From IMG/VR virus record IMGVR_UViG_3300025732_000019: a DNA stretch of 64,000 nt; one strand, given 5' to 3'. A program made the translations under genes and the position numbers. The notes under the pieces are model-generated. The model did no database searches and had not been told where the DNA came from. It was given only the letters and a program-made list of their open reading frames with translations. The stretch's first letter is position 1, and each line of letters begins with the position of its first letter. Below are positions 1 to 10,241 of the stretch, one piece after another. This stretch comes from a virus.

Positions 1-3000
1 CGGCTGCTTCGCGACCTTTTGATCGGTGCCGATCACGGTACCGCCCAGTTCACCGGTATACACCGTGTAGGCGTCTGAGTCAGAACGAACAACTATTGCG
101 TATTCTAAGCCCGGTTGCAAATGTACCGGCGCCGCAAAGGCAAAGCGTGTGTAGGTGTTCGCGTCACTAAAGTTAGGTGCAGTCGTCGTATTCACACGAT
201 CTTGACGCATCGATACGGTGGCTTGACCGCTATCCGAAAGACACGGCACCAACTGATTCGAACTTGGATATCCATTTACAACAGGGCGCAATTCAACGAT
301 GACCGGAATGTCGTCTGTCGGCTTCGTCGCGAACGCGAGATCCAGTGAACTCACCATCACGCCTTGCGGATACTGCCGCGCATCGACAAGGAACGTCTGC
401 GCCAGCGGATCGACCCATTCAACCGTCGTATTTTCGACGCGTGTGCGATCCACTTGTGTGCGAGAATCGGTGACACCACTGCGATTGATGCCCACGCTGC
501 GCGTGCTCACACTGAAGTTTTGTTCTGTGACGTTCAACCCTGACGCGGTATAGTTTGTTTCGGCCGTTGTGGTGGCATCCGACACAACATCGCTCGCGCT
601 ATCCGTGAGGCGGAAGAGACGTGTGCCGGCAGCAAATGTGCCATCCTGCAGGTGAAACGCACCCGACACCGTACCCGCACGCGATGCCGTAACGGTGGCA
701 TTTGCAAGGAAGCTCTCGGATGTCATATTGCCAATACTGTAGATGGTTGAACCCACCGTAATATTCGAGAGCCCTGCGGTGACGAGTGTTGCCGATTTGG
801 TGGACACGTTGTAGCTCGCAGTATTGATTGTTGCGAACTGCCCCGCGCCCGGCCCAGACACAAAGTAGATGCGTGGATTGCCACTCACCGTATCTGTCGT
901 CATATCCGATTCGAAGCGAATGATGTGTGTGCCGTCATTGTACGCACGCACGACGCCAGACGCAACAATCGCGGTATTCACATTAAGTGTAAATGAACTA
1001 CCGCGTGCGCTGCTTGGCACGATGAGAGTTGAACCGCTGCCGCTGCTATTTGCCAGCGCGCCAGCACGTACCGGATAGGGTGTCGCGGCATCATTATCCG
1101 CATCGCGCACCACACGCACGACACTAATGGTATATTCAATGGTGTCACCGGTAACGCGAGAAGCGACATCCGAAATCGTGACCGGTGTCAGCGTCGAGAG
1201 TGTTGCACCTGCTAACGTGGCGGGTGCTGTTGAGAGCAACGTCGCACTGGTGTTGTTCGCGCTTGACGAGATGTACCGATCAAATGTGGTACCGCTCAGT
1301 TCAACACGCACCAACTGATTAGGCAGGAGTTGCTCGTCAAAGGCGGTGCTTGTTCCGGTGATAGTGGAGCACGCGGTCGTCGTGGAAATTGTGCCCGACA
1401 GCGGAGTCTTGACGTACACAGTCTGGCCCACAAAGAAGGCCCGTTCTGTCGTCGTGGGCACCAACCGCAACTTGTTGGCGCGCTGCACGTAATTCTTGAC
1501 ATCTACGCCATCAAAGAACGGATAGAGTGTTGCACTGGGGCGCAATCCGTCTGCGGCAAACACGATGTCGCGATTGCGCATATGATGCACAATGCTCGTA
1601 TCCACCACAAGATTACCAAAGTTCGCTGTCGTGGTTTGTGATACGTAGTCGAATCGTGTGCCACTACGCTGTTGCGTTGAGGTCGTCTCTATGTCTTGCC
1701 ACGAAGTCGTGGTTTCCCGCATACTGCGCCAATCGTGCGCATTCGGTGTCCAATTTTCAGGCACCCACCAATCCTGTCGCGAACCTCCACTTACGCTAGT
1801 ACCCGACCATGTGGTGTCCCATTCGCCCCAGTTTGTGTATGACGGCAGATTCGCATCCACCCACGCTTGTGTGGGGCCGCCCATATCGATTACCTGTGCG
1901 GGTCGCGTCGTGGTTGACTTCCACGTATCGACTGCGGGTGAGAGACGTACCTTTCCGTAGAACGAACCGATATTGAACGGATTGACCGATATCGCATGTG
2001 TCGCTAACGGCTGCGTCACAAATGCGCTCTGCGAATAGGCGGGAATCGCCATGTCACCAACGACAGACACGCCAAAGGTATTGCTGTTGGCGCTATCCAC
2101 CGCAAACTGGAAGTTGGTGCTGCGGAACCCCGGATTCAGTGTATGCGCATACGTATCAATCGATGCCGTAAAATCCGGATCGATCACATTGGCCACACCC
2201 GTACCGACGAACCCATCGACAAGAATGCCATTCTTATATCGTTCAAGATTATCCTGATCGGTAATCGACTGGTCGCGGGCATTGCGTTCGAGTTGCGACA
2301 GCGATGTGTAGTATTCCAAGTGTGCCACGCGGTCTTCCATGCGTGATAGATCTTTCATGGTGTACCGCTTATGATCGTACGTGCGGAGCTTCACGTCAAT
2401 AGGCACATTGTTCGCGTCTGCTAAGGTGTAGGGTGGCACTGTGACTTGATAGAACAGCAACCCCTGATTGTCATCCGACGGCGGAACCGGCGACTGATTG
2501 GCTTGTCCTTCAATCACATGAAATGCGCCATCAGGATACAGTGCGATCTTATCGATACGAGCAAGATAGAACTGATAGCTGCCGTTCCACACATCATCCG
2601 AGACGGGCGTCAAATACGACGCGCCACTGGTGGTATCCACAAACTGCGTGTTGCTGGTGCTATCCGATGCCGCATACACCAGTGCACTGCTTTGGAAGTT
2701 GTAGTTCGAGCGCGTGGGGCGGAAATCGAGCACTTCGCGCAAGTTGATCTTGCGGTTGAAGCGCGGAGACATGTAATCGGGAATGGTATCGTAGGATAGA
2801 CCCAATGCGATATTGTTGCTCGTCAGATAGCTATCGACCGTCGCATATCCGATACCATTATGCTGGAACCAATCGAAGATCATCAGCAAACGACCGGTCG
2901 GCTTGATCACGGATGCCGCTCCGTTGTTCACAATCGCTCGACCATATTCGTAGCTGTTATCGCGCTGGCCGGAATCCAATGTGAAATATTCCGTCACATC

Positions 3001-5439
3001 CGTGGCGGTCGAGAGATCACCATTTGCGAACGCGGTGTTGCTACTCTTATACAACACCTTGCGTAAGTTCATCACATCCGGTGTCTTCAGTGAGTATGCG
3101 AACCCGGCAGTGGCATTCAGTGTGTGAAACTCGATCTGCCCCTTCGACAATGCTGACGTGGTGTTCGAATACACTGCAGACGTGTTGCCCACGTAGTAGA
3201 CTTTTTCACGCGCCGGGTATCCGGTGACTAACGCCTTTCCGAGTGCGCTAAAGGTACGCGTATTGCTGGTTGACGAACCGTGATGATACGTGAACGACAG
3301 CACATACTGGCCACCCACAGACGCGACACTCGCATTGGACAGACACCGCACAGAAGAATTCACGTTTGCAGCATCTGCCCACTGAATGACTTGACCGTAA
3401 CCCTTATTGTCTGTCGTCAGATCGAATACAGTGAAGTATTCCTGTGCACTGGCAGCACTCAACGTTCCAACGGGCACGCTGAATGTGTTACCCGCAAAGA
3501 CAACGGACAGAGCACCGTTCGACGCACTGCTAAACGTACGTGTGTTCGATGCGGATTGCAGCCATGTGCTAAACTCCGCAGTAGCAATACCAATCGTGTT
3601 GGCCTTGACGAATCGTTCGGGGATTTGGTATAGCAGTGAGCTATCGTTGACCCCTTCCACATACGTATATCCTGCGGGAGTGCCGTCGAGCTTACTATCC
3701 GGCGCCACATCGGCTTGGAAGACCAGATTCGACGCATAGGGTGCGGCAGTATTTGCAGAACCAAACAATGCAAACGCATCCACATCGCGTGTCTGAAACT
3801 TCAACGAGTACGTGGTGTTGGCGTTTGGCAACGCAGGCAAGAACTCACGTAGAGTGACGTATGCGTGCGTCGCATTTCCCACCACATAGTTGTTCACGGT
3901 AAACGTGCCACTGACGGGTGAGTCGGCACCACCAAGCGTGATGGTTGCTCCTTCAATTGCACCATCTTTTTCCGGTCGCCCATTTCCAATCGTGACTGTC
4001 AGCGTAAACGCAACGTTGTTATTGACGGCGGCCGCCACCACATTACTCGACAAGCTCGCAAACTGCACGTCGCTGAAAAACAGTCGATACACGCTATTGT
4101 TCGCATACGTATCGATCTGCAACTGCGACGGCACCCGATGCGTTTCGATCATGCGCACCTTTGCGGTACCGATCTTGCTATACGCATACGTGCCGCTGGT
4201 CGCTACGTTGATCGATGCCGCGTTCGTGCAGTGAATATCAACCGTGGTCGTGTTCGCAAAGTAACTGTTGGGGGCCGCAGCCGACACACGGTTCGCGTAG
4301 ACGTAACTGCCTACCGACAATGCGAGAGTGCGGTTGTCTGCATTCGCGGTTTCTCGGCCTTTGCGGATGATCGTGTTGACTGTCTGTGTTGTTTCGATTT
4401 CGTAGCCCTGCACGTATGCTTTGCCGGCACCGATAGACAGGTAGAACGTATTCGCGTCACTTGGGTTTTCGTCAATCACGGGTACGAACGGGCGCACGAC
4501 ATAGTTGCCCGATTCATCGTACGTGCGACGAGCGAGAATATCATTCAGTTCTTCGGAGCGCACATATCGCTGTGAGGTGCGGGTGTATTGGATCTGGCCA
4601 TCCACGACACGGCACAGTTCAATGAAGTTCGCATCCGCATCTGTATCCAGTGTGCGTTTTGCTAACGTCAGACGCATGCGGAAACGATGCGCGCCAACGG
4701 CGCCATTGTTCGCGGGATCAAGCAGCGTCTCACCGACTACCGCATCCAACTCGTCGAGAATGTCTTCAGCGATCTCCAAGCCCACACGGTATGAGGGGGT
4801 GCTGCTCAACGCATCCAGTACAATCGTTTGGGGCTTCACATGCACATAGAAGCCAGAGACGAACACCACACCTTCATCGATGCTGGCCGTCGATGCGGCC
4901 GAGAACACTTCACTGTTGGTGCCCGTGGAGAAAGTCGCTTGCTTGGTAGCATCGGTAGCAAGCTGCACCGTGCCGGATGGCAAAAACGCTCCTGCACCAG
5001 CATACTTGAAGACAAGATAGTTATTGCTGGTTTCGCCATCGTCAACACTGACGTATTGCACGACGGTCGCTTTTGTCGTGTTGGCGCTGGTATCGAAAAT
5101 ATTGGTGGGCGTATTCGTATCGCGGTCGTAGAAATTCGTCAGCGTTGTGGCAGGCAGCACCTGACCACTGGTCGCTTGCACATCCACAGCAATTTGTGCA
5201 CCATACACACGGTCGCCATCACGGAACTGTGCGGTACCGAGTCGCTGCAATTGCGCTTGCAGCAGTGTCTGTACCTGTGTCAGTTCGCGAGACTGCACGC
5301 CATAGCGAGGGCGGAAGAGAATGCGATGAAAATCAAACTCTTCACCGCGTAACTCACCCGTAGTGGTATTCGCTATGGTGTAGTAGTCGTCGTAATATTC
5401 AGACCGTAGAATGTTTTGTGTGGTATTACTAATCGCCAT
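1..5439 (-). CDS. Large virion structural protein, DUF4815/VrlC-like (3' end beyond window; absent from ORF track)
   Basis: Minus-strand frame from ATG at 5439 reads MAISNTTQNILRSEYYDDYY...FHRILFRPRYGVQSRELTQVQTLLQAQLQRLG, matching the YYDDF..ILFRP...QARELT.LQ N-terminus of T4-like DUF4815 proteins; lies directly downstream of gp8. Openness of the full frame was spot-checked only. Confidence 0.8.
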   Translation of the reverse strand, partial: MAISNTTQNILRSEYYDDYYTIANTTTGELRGEEFDFHRILFRPRYGVQSRELTQVQTLLQAQLQRLGTAQFRDGDRVYGAQIAVDVQATSGQVLPATTLTNFYDRDTNTPTNIFDTSANTTKATVVQYVSVDDGETSNNYLVFKYAGAGAFLPSGTVQLATDATKQATFSTGTNSEVFSAASTASIDEGVVFVSGFYVHVKPQTIVLDALSSTPSYRVGLEIAEDILDELDAVVGETLLDPANNGAVGAHRFRMRLTLAKRTLDTDADANFIELCRVVDGQIQYTRTSQRYVRSEELNDILARRTYDESGNYVVRPFVPVIDENPSDANTFYLSIGAGKAYVQGYEIETTQTVNTIIRKGRETANADNRTLALSVGSYVYANRVSAAAPNSYFANTTTVDIHCTNAASINVATSGTYAYSKIGTAKVRMIETHRVPSQLQIDTYANNSVYRLFFSDVQFASLSSNVVAAAVNNNVAFTLTVTIGNGRPEKDGAIEGATITLGGADSPVSGTFTVNNYVVGNATHAYVTLREFLPALPNANTTYSLKFQTRDVDAFALFGSANTAAPYASNLVFQADVAPDSKLDGTPAGYTYVEGVNDSSLLYQIPERFVKANTIGIATAEFSTWLQSASNTRTFSSASNGALSVVFAGNTFSVPVGTLSAASAQEYFTVFDLTTDNKGYGQVIQWADAANVNSSVRCLSNASVASVGGQYVLSFTYHHGSSTSNTRTFSALGKALVTGYPAREKVYYVGNTSAVYSNTTSALSKGQIEFHTLNATAGFAYSLKTPDVMNLRKVLYKSSNTAFANGDLSTATDVTEYFTLDSGQRDNSYEYGRAIVNNGAASVIKPTGRLLMIFDWFQHNGIGYATVDSYLTSNNIALGLSYDTIPDYMSPRFNRKINLREVLDFRPTRSNYNFQSSALVYAASDSTSNTQFVDTTSGASYLTPVSDDVWNGSYQFYLARIDKIALYPDGAFHVIEGQANQSPVPPSDDNQGLLFYQVTVPPYTLADANNVPIDVKLRTYDHKRYTMKDLSRMEDRVAHLEYYTSLSQLERNARDQSITDQDNLERYKNGILVDGFVGTGVANVIDPDFTASIDTYAHTLNPGFRSTNFQFAVDSANSNTFGVSVVGDMAIPAYSQSAFVTQPLATHAISVNPFNIGSFYGKVRLSPAVDTWKSTTTRPAQVIDMGGPTQAWVDANLPSYTNWGEWDTTWSGTSVSGGSRQDWWVPENWTPNAHDWRSMRETTTSWQDIETTSTQQRSGTRFDYVSQTTTANFGNLVVDTSIVHHMRNRDIVFAADGLRPSATLYPFFDGVDVKNYVQRANKLRLVPTTTERAFFVGQTVYVKTPLSGTISTTTACSTITGTSTAFDEQLLPNQLVRVELSGTTFDRYISSSANNTSATLLSTAPATLAGATLSTLTPVTISDVASRVTGDTIEYTISVVRVVRDADNDAATPYPVRAGALANSSGSGSTLIVPSSARGSSFTLNVNTAIVASGVVRAYNDGTHIIRFESDMTTDTVSGNPRIYFVSGPGAGQFATINTASYNVSTKSATLVTAGLSNITVGSTIYSIGNMTSESFLANATVTASRAGTVSGAFHLQDGTFAAGTRLFRLTDSASDVVSDATTTAETNYTASGLNVTEQNFSVSTRSVGINRSGVTDSRTQVDRTRVENTTVEWVDPLAQTFLVDARQYPQGVMVSSLDLAFATKPTDDIPVIVELRPVVNGYPSSNQLVPCLSDSGQATVSMRQDRVNTTTAPNFSDANTYTRFAFAAPVHLQPGLEYAIVVRSDSDAYTVYTGELGGTVIGTDQKVAKQP

Positions 5440-5470
5440 TGATGCGCTCGTTTAGAGAGAATGCTGTTTA

Positions 5471-6814
5471 CTAGCCGAACTGGAACACAAGCTTGATTTC
5501 TTCGACTTGATCCGGGCCTCGCGTCACCGGAGAACGCTGATCGACATACAGAATGTTCCCGGTAAAGAACTTCAGTTCCGGCAGCGACACGGTACTGATG
5601 ACACCCTCCACACCCGACACATTGCAGGTGATGGTATCGCCGCTCACAAACGCATTCGCACGACCTTGATCATTGACCGCCGTCACGCGCACGACATTAT
5701 TGTTTCCCGACGCCACGACATCAACCACAATACCCGTGACAACATACGATACGTTTGATGACACATGAATCACATCATCGGGAGCAAACACGCCGGTGTT
5801 GGATGTCAGCGTAAGATCGAACGTCTGCTTATAGAAGTTGCCGTTTGCGGCACTGCCATTCGCAAGCAGTGGATCCGTCAGCAATAGAATACGACGATAG
5901 TTATTGATTGTCGTCAACTCATCATCTTCATCGTATTCGAACTGGCCTGTCAACATGATTGCTGAACCGCCAAGTTCCTTTTGAGCATTATACCCGTGAT
6001 TGGGATACGGAGGAATGATTGCTCGCGCCGTAGCATTGACTGCACCTGCTTGCTGCACGATCACCGTATTGACTGTCGTATATCCAATACCACCATTCGC
6101 AGGAAGAATCTGGGTAACTGCGTTTGACGTGATCGTGAGACTCGATGCATTGACGACGGCACCGTTACCGTCACCCGTAAAGGCAACAGTGAACGACCCC
6201 GCAGGATTGAATCCGGATCCATTTGAGGTCATAATGAACGGCACTGTCGTGGGTAACTTTCCCGGTACCGCGGCCGCAGCGGCGGACACGGTACCATTCG
6301 TAGACACCGGCATCCATGAGTTCGTCAAGAACTTGTACTTGTCAGTTGAGATGTCGTACATGTACTGCCACACGTATCCGTCTGCGGTCGCAACAGGAGA
6401 CACGTTATTGCCAGTCGTGCTCGGTGCAACGGTGCTGTTTCCGCCGTTGTTGTTCCATAAGCACTTGTACACCTTAAACGGCGCATCCGTTGTGTCCAGC
6501 ACATAGAAGTTATTGCTAAACAATGATGTGCTGGTGTCATCATACTGCGCGTAGACGGTATTGCTCGACCAATCGCGGCGTGGAATCACGTATGAAGTGT
6601 TCGCCACATCCACGCGCTTGACGGCAAGCATATCGCGCCAGTATTCGAAATCGACACTCTGCGTGTCTTGTGTCGGTGTTGGCGGGCTGTTATCGTTCGT
6701 CCAATCTTGAGGACGACCCACACCAAGATAGAACATCGAGGTGTTCGAACTCAAGCAATTTGCGAATTGCTGCGACAGAAAGGTACGATACTTTTTTGTA
6801 TTGATACTTGACAT
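5471..6814 (-). CDS. gp8: Baseplate wedge subunit gp8-like
   Basis: FYLGVGRPQDW, IPRRDW, VYKCLWNN, ADGYVWQYMY, C-terminal QVEEIKLVFQF; synteny gp6-gp7-gp8. Confidence 0.9.
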   Translation of the reverse strand: MSSINTKKYRTFLSQQFANCLSSNTSMFYLGVGRPQDWTNDNSPPTPTQDTQSVDFEYWRDMLAVKRVDVANTSYVIPRRDWSSNTVYAQYDDTSTSLFSNNFYVLDTTDAPFKVYKCLWNNNGGNSTVAPSTTGNNVSPVATADGYVWQYMYDISTDKYKFLTNSWMPVSTNGTVSAAAAAVPGKLPTTVPFIMTSNGSGFNPAGSFTVAFTGDGNGAVVNASSLTITSNAVTQILPANGGIGYTTVNTVIVQQAGAVNATARAIIPPYPNHGYNAQKELGGSAIMLTGQFEYDEDDELTTINNYRRILLLTDPLLANGSAANGNFYKQTFDLTLTSNTGVFAPDDVIHVSSNVSYVVTGIVVDVVASGNNNVVRVTAVNDQGRANAFVSGDTITCNVSGVEGVISTVSLPELKFFTGNILYVDQRSPVTRGPDQVEEIKLVFQFG

Positions 6815-6842
6815 AGTTGCGACCTATGGATGTTTCCTTTAT

Positions 6843-9800
6843 TTAGTTAGACAAACCGGAATCGGGTTCCTCCAACGGAGCCGATTCGTCAATAGCAGCG
6901 TTCGCGTAGTATTCCTGTGAAATCGTATTGCTGGCCAATGTATTGATTGTCGTATTGTTCCAGTAGTACAACAGATCGATACCTTGTCCCTGACGCACAA
7001 TCGTCAGCGTTTCTGTACCGTCGCGTTGCCCTGACGCATACAGATCGTTCACGTATGCTTGTGTCGGCGGTTCGATCAGCACTGTCGCTTGTCCATACCG
7101 ACCATCTGCAGACGGGTATTGTGCGGTATTACTACTTCCAATACTTATCGTGCCCGGCACATAGGTACCTTGTGCTGACCCGACCACCTGTTGCATACGA
7201 CCATTGACAAACAGCTTCAATGAGTCTGTGTGTAGATGGTTATCATCGAACGCCAACACGATGTGGTTCCACATTGTCGGGCTGATGGCATCATCCGACA
7301 TGATATTTGTATTTGCATCGTTCGCCACTTGCCCATGAATCTTTCCGGCGGAATCGATACTGAGCCAGAGCCAATCACGATCACCAAAGATCATCGCGTT
7401 TGCGGCAGGAATACCATCGCTCGCGTAGTACCAAATCGACAACCCACCACGGAACGTATGCGGTGCCGAGCGGCTATTGAACAATACCGCATTCGCGTTC
7501 GCAAACGTGTACCGCAGGTATTGCGTCGTATTCGCAAGCAACACCGAATGCACGGGATACGTCGGCCCATCGTCGCTCACCAGCGTCACACCCGCAGAAG
7601 CGGTCAGTGCCACAGTCTGCGCACCTGTACTCGACAAGTTCGCGAGTGTGGTCAATGACCATTGCATTTGTGGCGTGAATCCGTGCTCGTAAAGCGCATC
7701 GTCATAATCCATGCGCGTATCGTATTCTGCAGCACTGAAGAAGATACTATCTTCAGGCTTGACACCCGGAATTGGATACCGACGCGTACGTGCCACTGAC
7801 GATTCTCCCAACTGAATAACGTACTCAATGCCTGTTGTGGGGATCGTGAGCGTATTCACGTCTGTCGCTCGACGATTCAATGACGAGTCTACGGGAATGA
7901 AATCGGTGTATCCGGTTTCTGGCGAAAGATCCAACACGATGTCGCTCACCAGCAAGTACTGACCGTATGGTCGGAACCCCGCAGGATGCATCAGTTTCAA
8001 TAATACATCGCGATAGCGATCAAATGACTGGGCGGCTCTCACCACATAGGTATAGTCGTTATAGTAATTGCCATCCTGCAGATACTTATCAGAACTTGAG
8101 AAACTACGCGTGGTGGTAAACCGACCACTATATTGCGTCACGGCACCAAGCACCGCAGTCAATTCTGCGGTGATACCTGTTTGCCCAGAGGCCCGTTGCG
8201 CGGTAATACTGATGCTGTTTGCGTCAGTGTAAAGCACACCACTGTTTTGAATATCAATACGTGCAATTTGACCGCTACCCTGAATCACTTCAAGATCGGC
8301 ATTTGCAAACATTCCCGCAGCCCGACCACTCGTAGATACCACGGTGTCGTTCGCCGTCACATAATAATACAGTTCCTGTACACGAGCATCCATTGAGTCA
8401 ACGATCACTAACGGCGGTACCGCATACTGCGAACCTGCAGACGTCAGGATCACGCTGTTGACGGTGCCGTATGAGGTTTGCGCCCGAGGTGTGATCGTGC
8501 GCACACGACCCATCGGATACGTCGCATAGACGTTGGCACTGACGGTATTGGCGTTTCCGTAAATCGTCAACGCGGTATTACTCTCAATAGACTTCACGAC
8601 GACATCATAGCCTGCAGACGCGTTTCCGACGCGCATGTGTGCGTTGACGCGCAGAACATTTTGGAACACGGTGTTTGCGCCCACGATGGTACTGTTGCCA
8701 TACGTGGTGACGGTGCCTGTTTGGGTGTTCGCGTAATCTTGCTTCACATACACGCTGGTCGTCAACAATCCCAAATTTGCCACGTTACTCAAATAGAGTT
8801 TCGTCGCATTATACGTGTGAGCAGTATTGCCTGCTAATCCACCTACGAAGTAGCCAATCGCGTTCGCGGTGATCGTGGCAGTACTGGTGTTCGTCGTCAC
8901 ATCAAGAGCGGAGTTCAAGACAAAGAGTTTGCCTGTTGTGCCAGAACTTGTCGCCGTATTGGTGTTTACGAAAGGTGTTACCGAAATGTTATCCGCAAGT
9001 ATCGCGACGTTGGCTAATACCGCAGCACTATTCGTACTGTTTGTCCACACCCACGGTGTGTAAAAGGGTTTCGTGTCGGCGGCCGCATAAACTACGGTTA
9101 GTGCCGTATCAAGATCCGCACCATTGAGCGTAGTCACTCCGGTGGCCGCGCCATAGTCGGGAGAATCTAATGTGACGGTTGCGGTGCTGTTTGCAAATGG
9201 CTCAATTGTCAGATCGAGAAAAATTGCGGTCTTAGTATTAGTGAGTGTTTCTACATACCCGGCGGCGCCGTTTCCGGAACCGCTAAAGAACTCCACAGGT
9301 TCACCAACGGAAAACCCATTGCCGCCATTGACAACATTGACGCCACTGATGGAGCCATTTGTCGTACTGCGTACCACACCATATGCGTTATACCCACCAC
9401 CAGCGCCGGGGCCTTCCGAAATGGCGACGTAATCACCCACCGCATATTGTGTGCCACCGGCCCCCACGGTAATCGCGCTGATGACCGGCAGAATGCGTGT
9501 GCGCACTTGTTCATCGGAGTCGATATTGACTAATTCTTGATCGTATGTAAATGCACCACCAAGACTTCCGAAGCGGAGCGTTAATTCGTAGACGGGAATG
9601 CGCTGACCGAATGACGCTCCCACTACGTATGCACTCACGCGATCAACAATTGCCTGTCCGGTCGACGTGATTACGCGCTGACCGGTATAGTAGGTCGTAA
9701 TATCTGCACCGGCATGACCGTCAATCGGGGCACTGACTTTCAACGTAATCGGCGCCACCCACGTGCCGTCGGATGCCTTGAAGATATCCGTGCGCGGATA

Positions 9801-10238
9801 GTATACAGAGGCCTCTTCGTTGAAGAACGCACGGAAGAACCACTTGATGCTGTTCTCGGTGCCTTTTTCCTGATAGAACGTACGCAGTGAACGCACGAAC
9901 CAATCCGTAGGTAGATAACTATACTGCGGAAAGTTCTTCGCGAACATTGACAAAAACTGCACACGGAATTCATCCAGTGTCGTTTGTGTGTCGCGGTAGT
10001 CTAAGAGTTTGCGTGCTTCATAGAGCGGCCCACCCAATGTCTCGGTGGTGGTGACCGCGAGATTTGCAGGCCCGAACGAAGGCACAATCGTGCTCGTCGT
10101 CGTGGTACGTTCCTGTTCGAGAAACTGTAGAAATGCCGAAATGAATTCTACAAACAGCGGATACTCGGATTCCACGAAATCCGGTATCGCGGTCTTGATG
10201 ATGTTATAAAATTCTTGACCCGGCTGAAAGGCGCGCAT
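6843..10238 (-). CDS. gp7: Baseplate wedge protein gp7-like with C-terminal LamG/ConA-like domain
   Basis: IPDFVESEYPLFVEFISAF, FYQEKGTENSIKWFFRAFF, LQDGNYYNDYTYVV, LMHPAGF; WNHIVLAFD...LKLFVNG LamG-like motif. Confidence 0.75.
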   Translation of the reverse strand: MRAFQPGQEFYNIIKTAIPDFVESEYPLFVEFISAFLQFLEQERTTTTSTIVPSFGPANLAVTTTETLGGPLYEARKLLDYRDTQTTLDEFRVQFLSMFAKNFPQYSYLPTDWFVRSLRTFYQEKGTENSIKWFFRAFFNEEASVYYPRTDIFKASDGTWVAPITLKVSAPIDGHAGADITTYYTGQRVITSTGQAIVDRVSAYVVGASFGQRIPVYELTLRFGSLGGAFTYDQELVNIDSDEQVRTRILPVISAITVGAGGTQYAVGDYVAISEGPGAGGGYNAYGVVRSTTNGSISGVNVVNGGNGFSVGEPVEFFSGSGNGAAGYVETLTNTKTAIFLDLTIEPFANSTATVTLDSPDYGAATGVTTLNGADLDTALTVVYAAADTKPFYTPWVWTNSTNSAAVLANVAILADNISVTPFVNTNTATSSGTTGKLFVLNSALDVTTNTSTATITANAIGYFVGGLAGNTAHTYNATKLYLSNVANLGLLTTSVYVKQDYANTQTGTVTTYGNSTIVGANTVFQNVLRVNAHMRVGNASAGYDVVVKSIESNTALTIYGNANTVSANVYATYPMGRVRTITPRAQTSYGTVNSVILTSAGSQYAVPPLVIVDSMDARVQELYYYVTANDTVVSTSGRAAGMFANADLEVIQGSGQIARIDIQNSGVLYTDANSISITAQRASGQTGITAELTAVLGAVTQYSGRFTTTRSFSSSDKYLQDGNYYNDYTYVVRAAQSFDRYRDVLLKLMHPAGFRPYGQYLLVSDIVLDLSPETGYTDFIPVDSSLNRRATDVNTLTIPTTGIEYVIQLGESSVARTRRYPIPGVKPEDSIFFSAAEYDTRMDYDDALYEHGFTPQMQWSLTTLANLSSTGAQTVALTASAGVTLVSDDGPTYPVHSVLLANTTQYLRYTFANANAVLFNSRSAPHTFRGGLSIWYYASDGIPAANAMIFGDRDWLWLSIDSAGKIHGQVANDANTNIMSDDAISPTMWNHIVLAFDDNHLHTDSLKLFVNGRMQQVVGSAQGTYVPGTISIGSSNTAQYPSADGRYGQATVLIEPPTQAYVNDLYASGQRDGTETLTIVRQGQGIDLLYYWNNTTINTLASNTISQEYYANAAIDESAPLEEPDSGLSN

Positions 10239-10241
10239 AAC

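Noticed and set aside
115-5363. Many plus-strand ORFs in the ORF track
   Set aside because: Shadows of the long minus-strand virion gene that the track missed because it runs off the window
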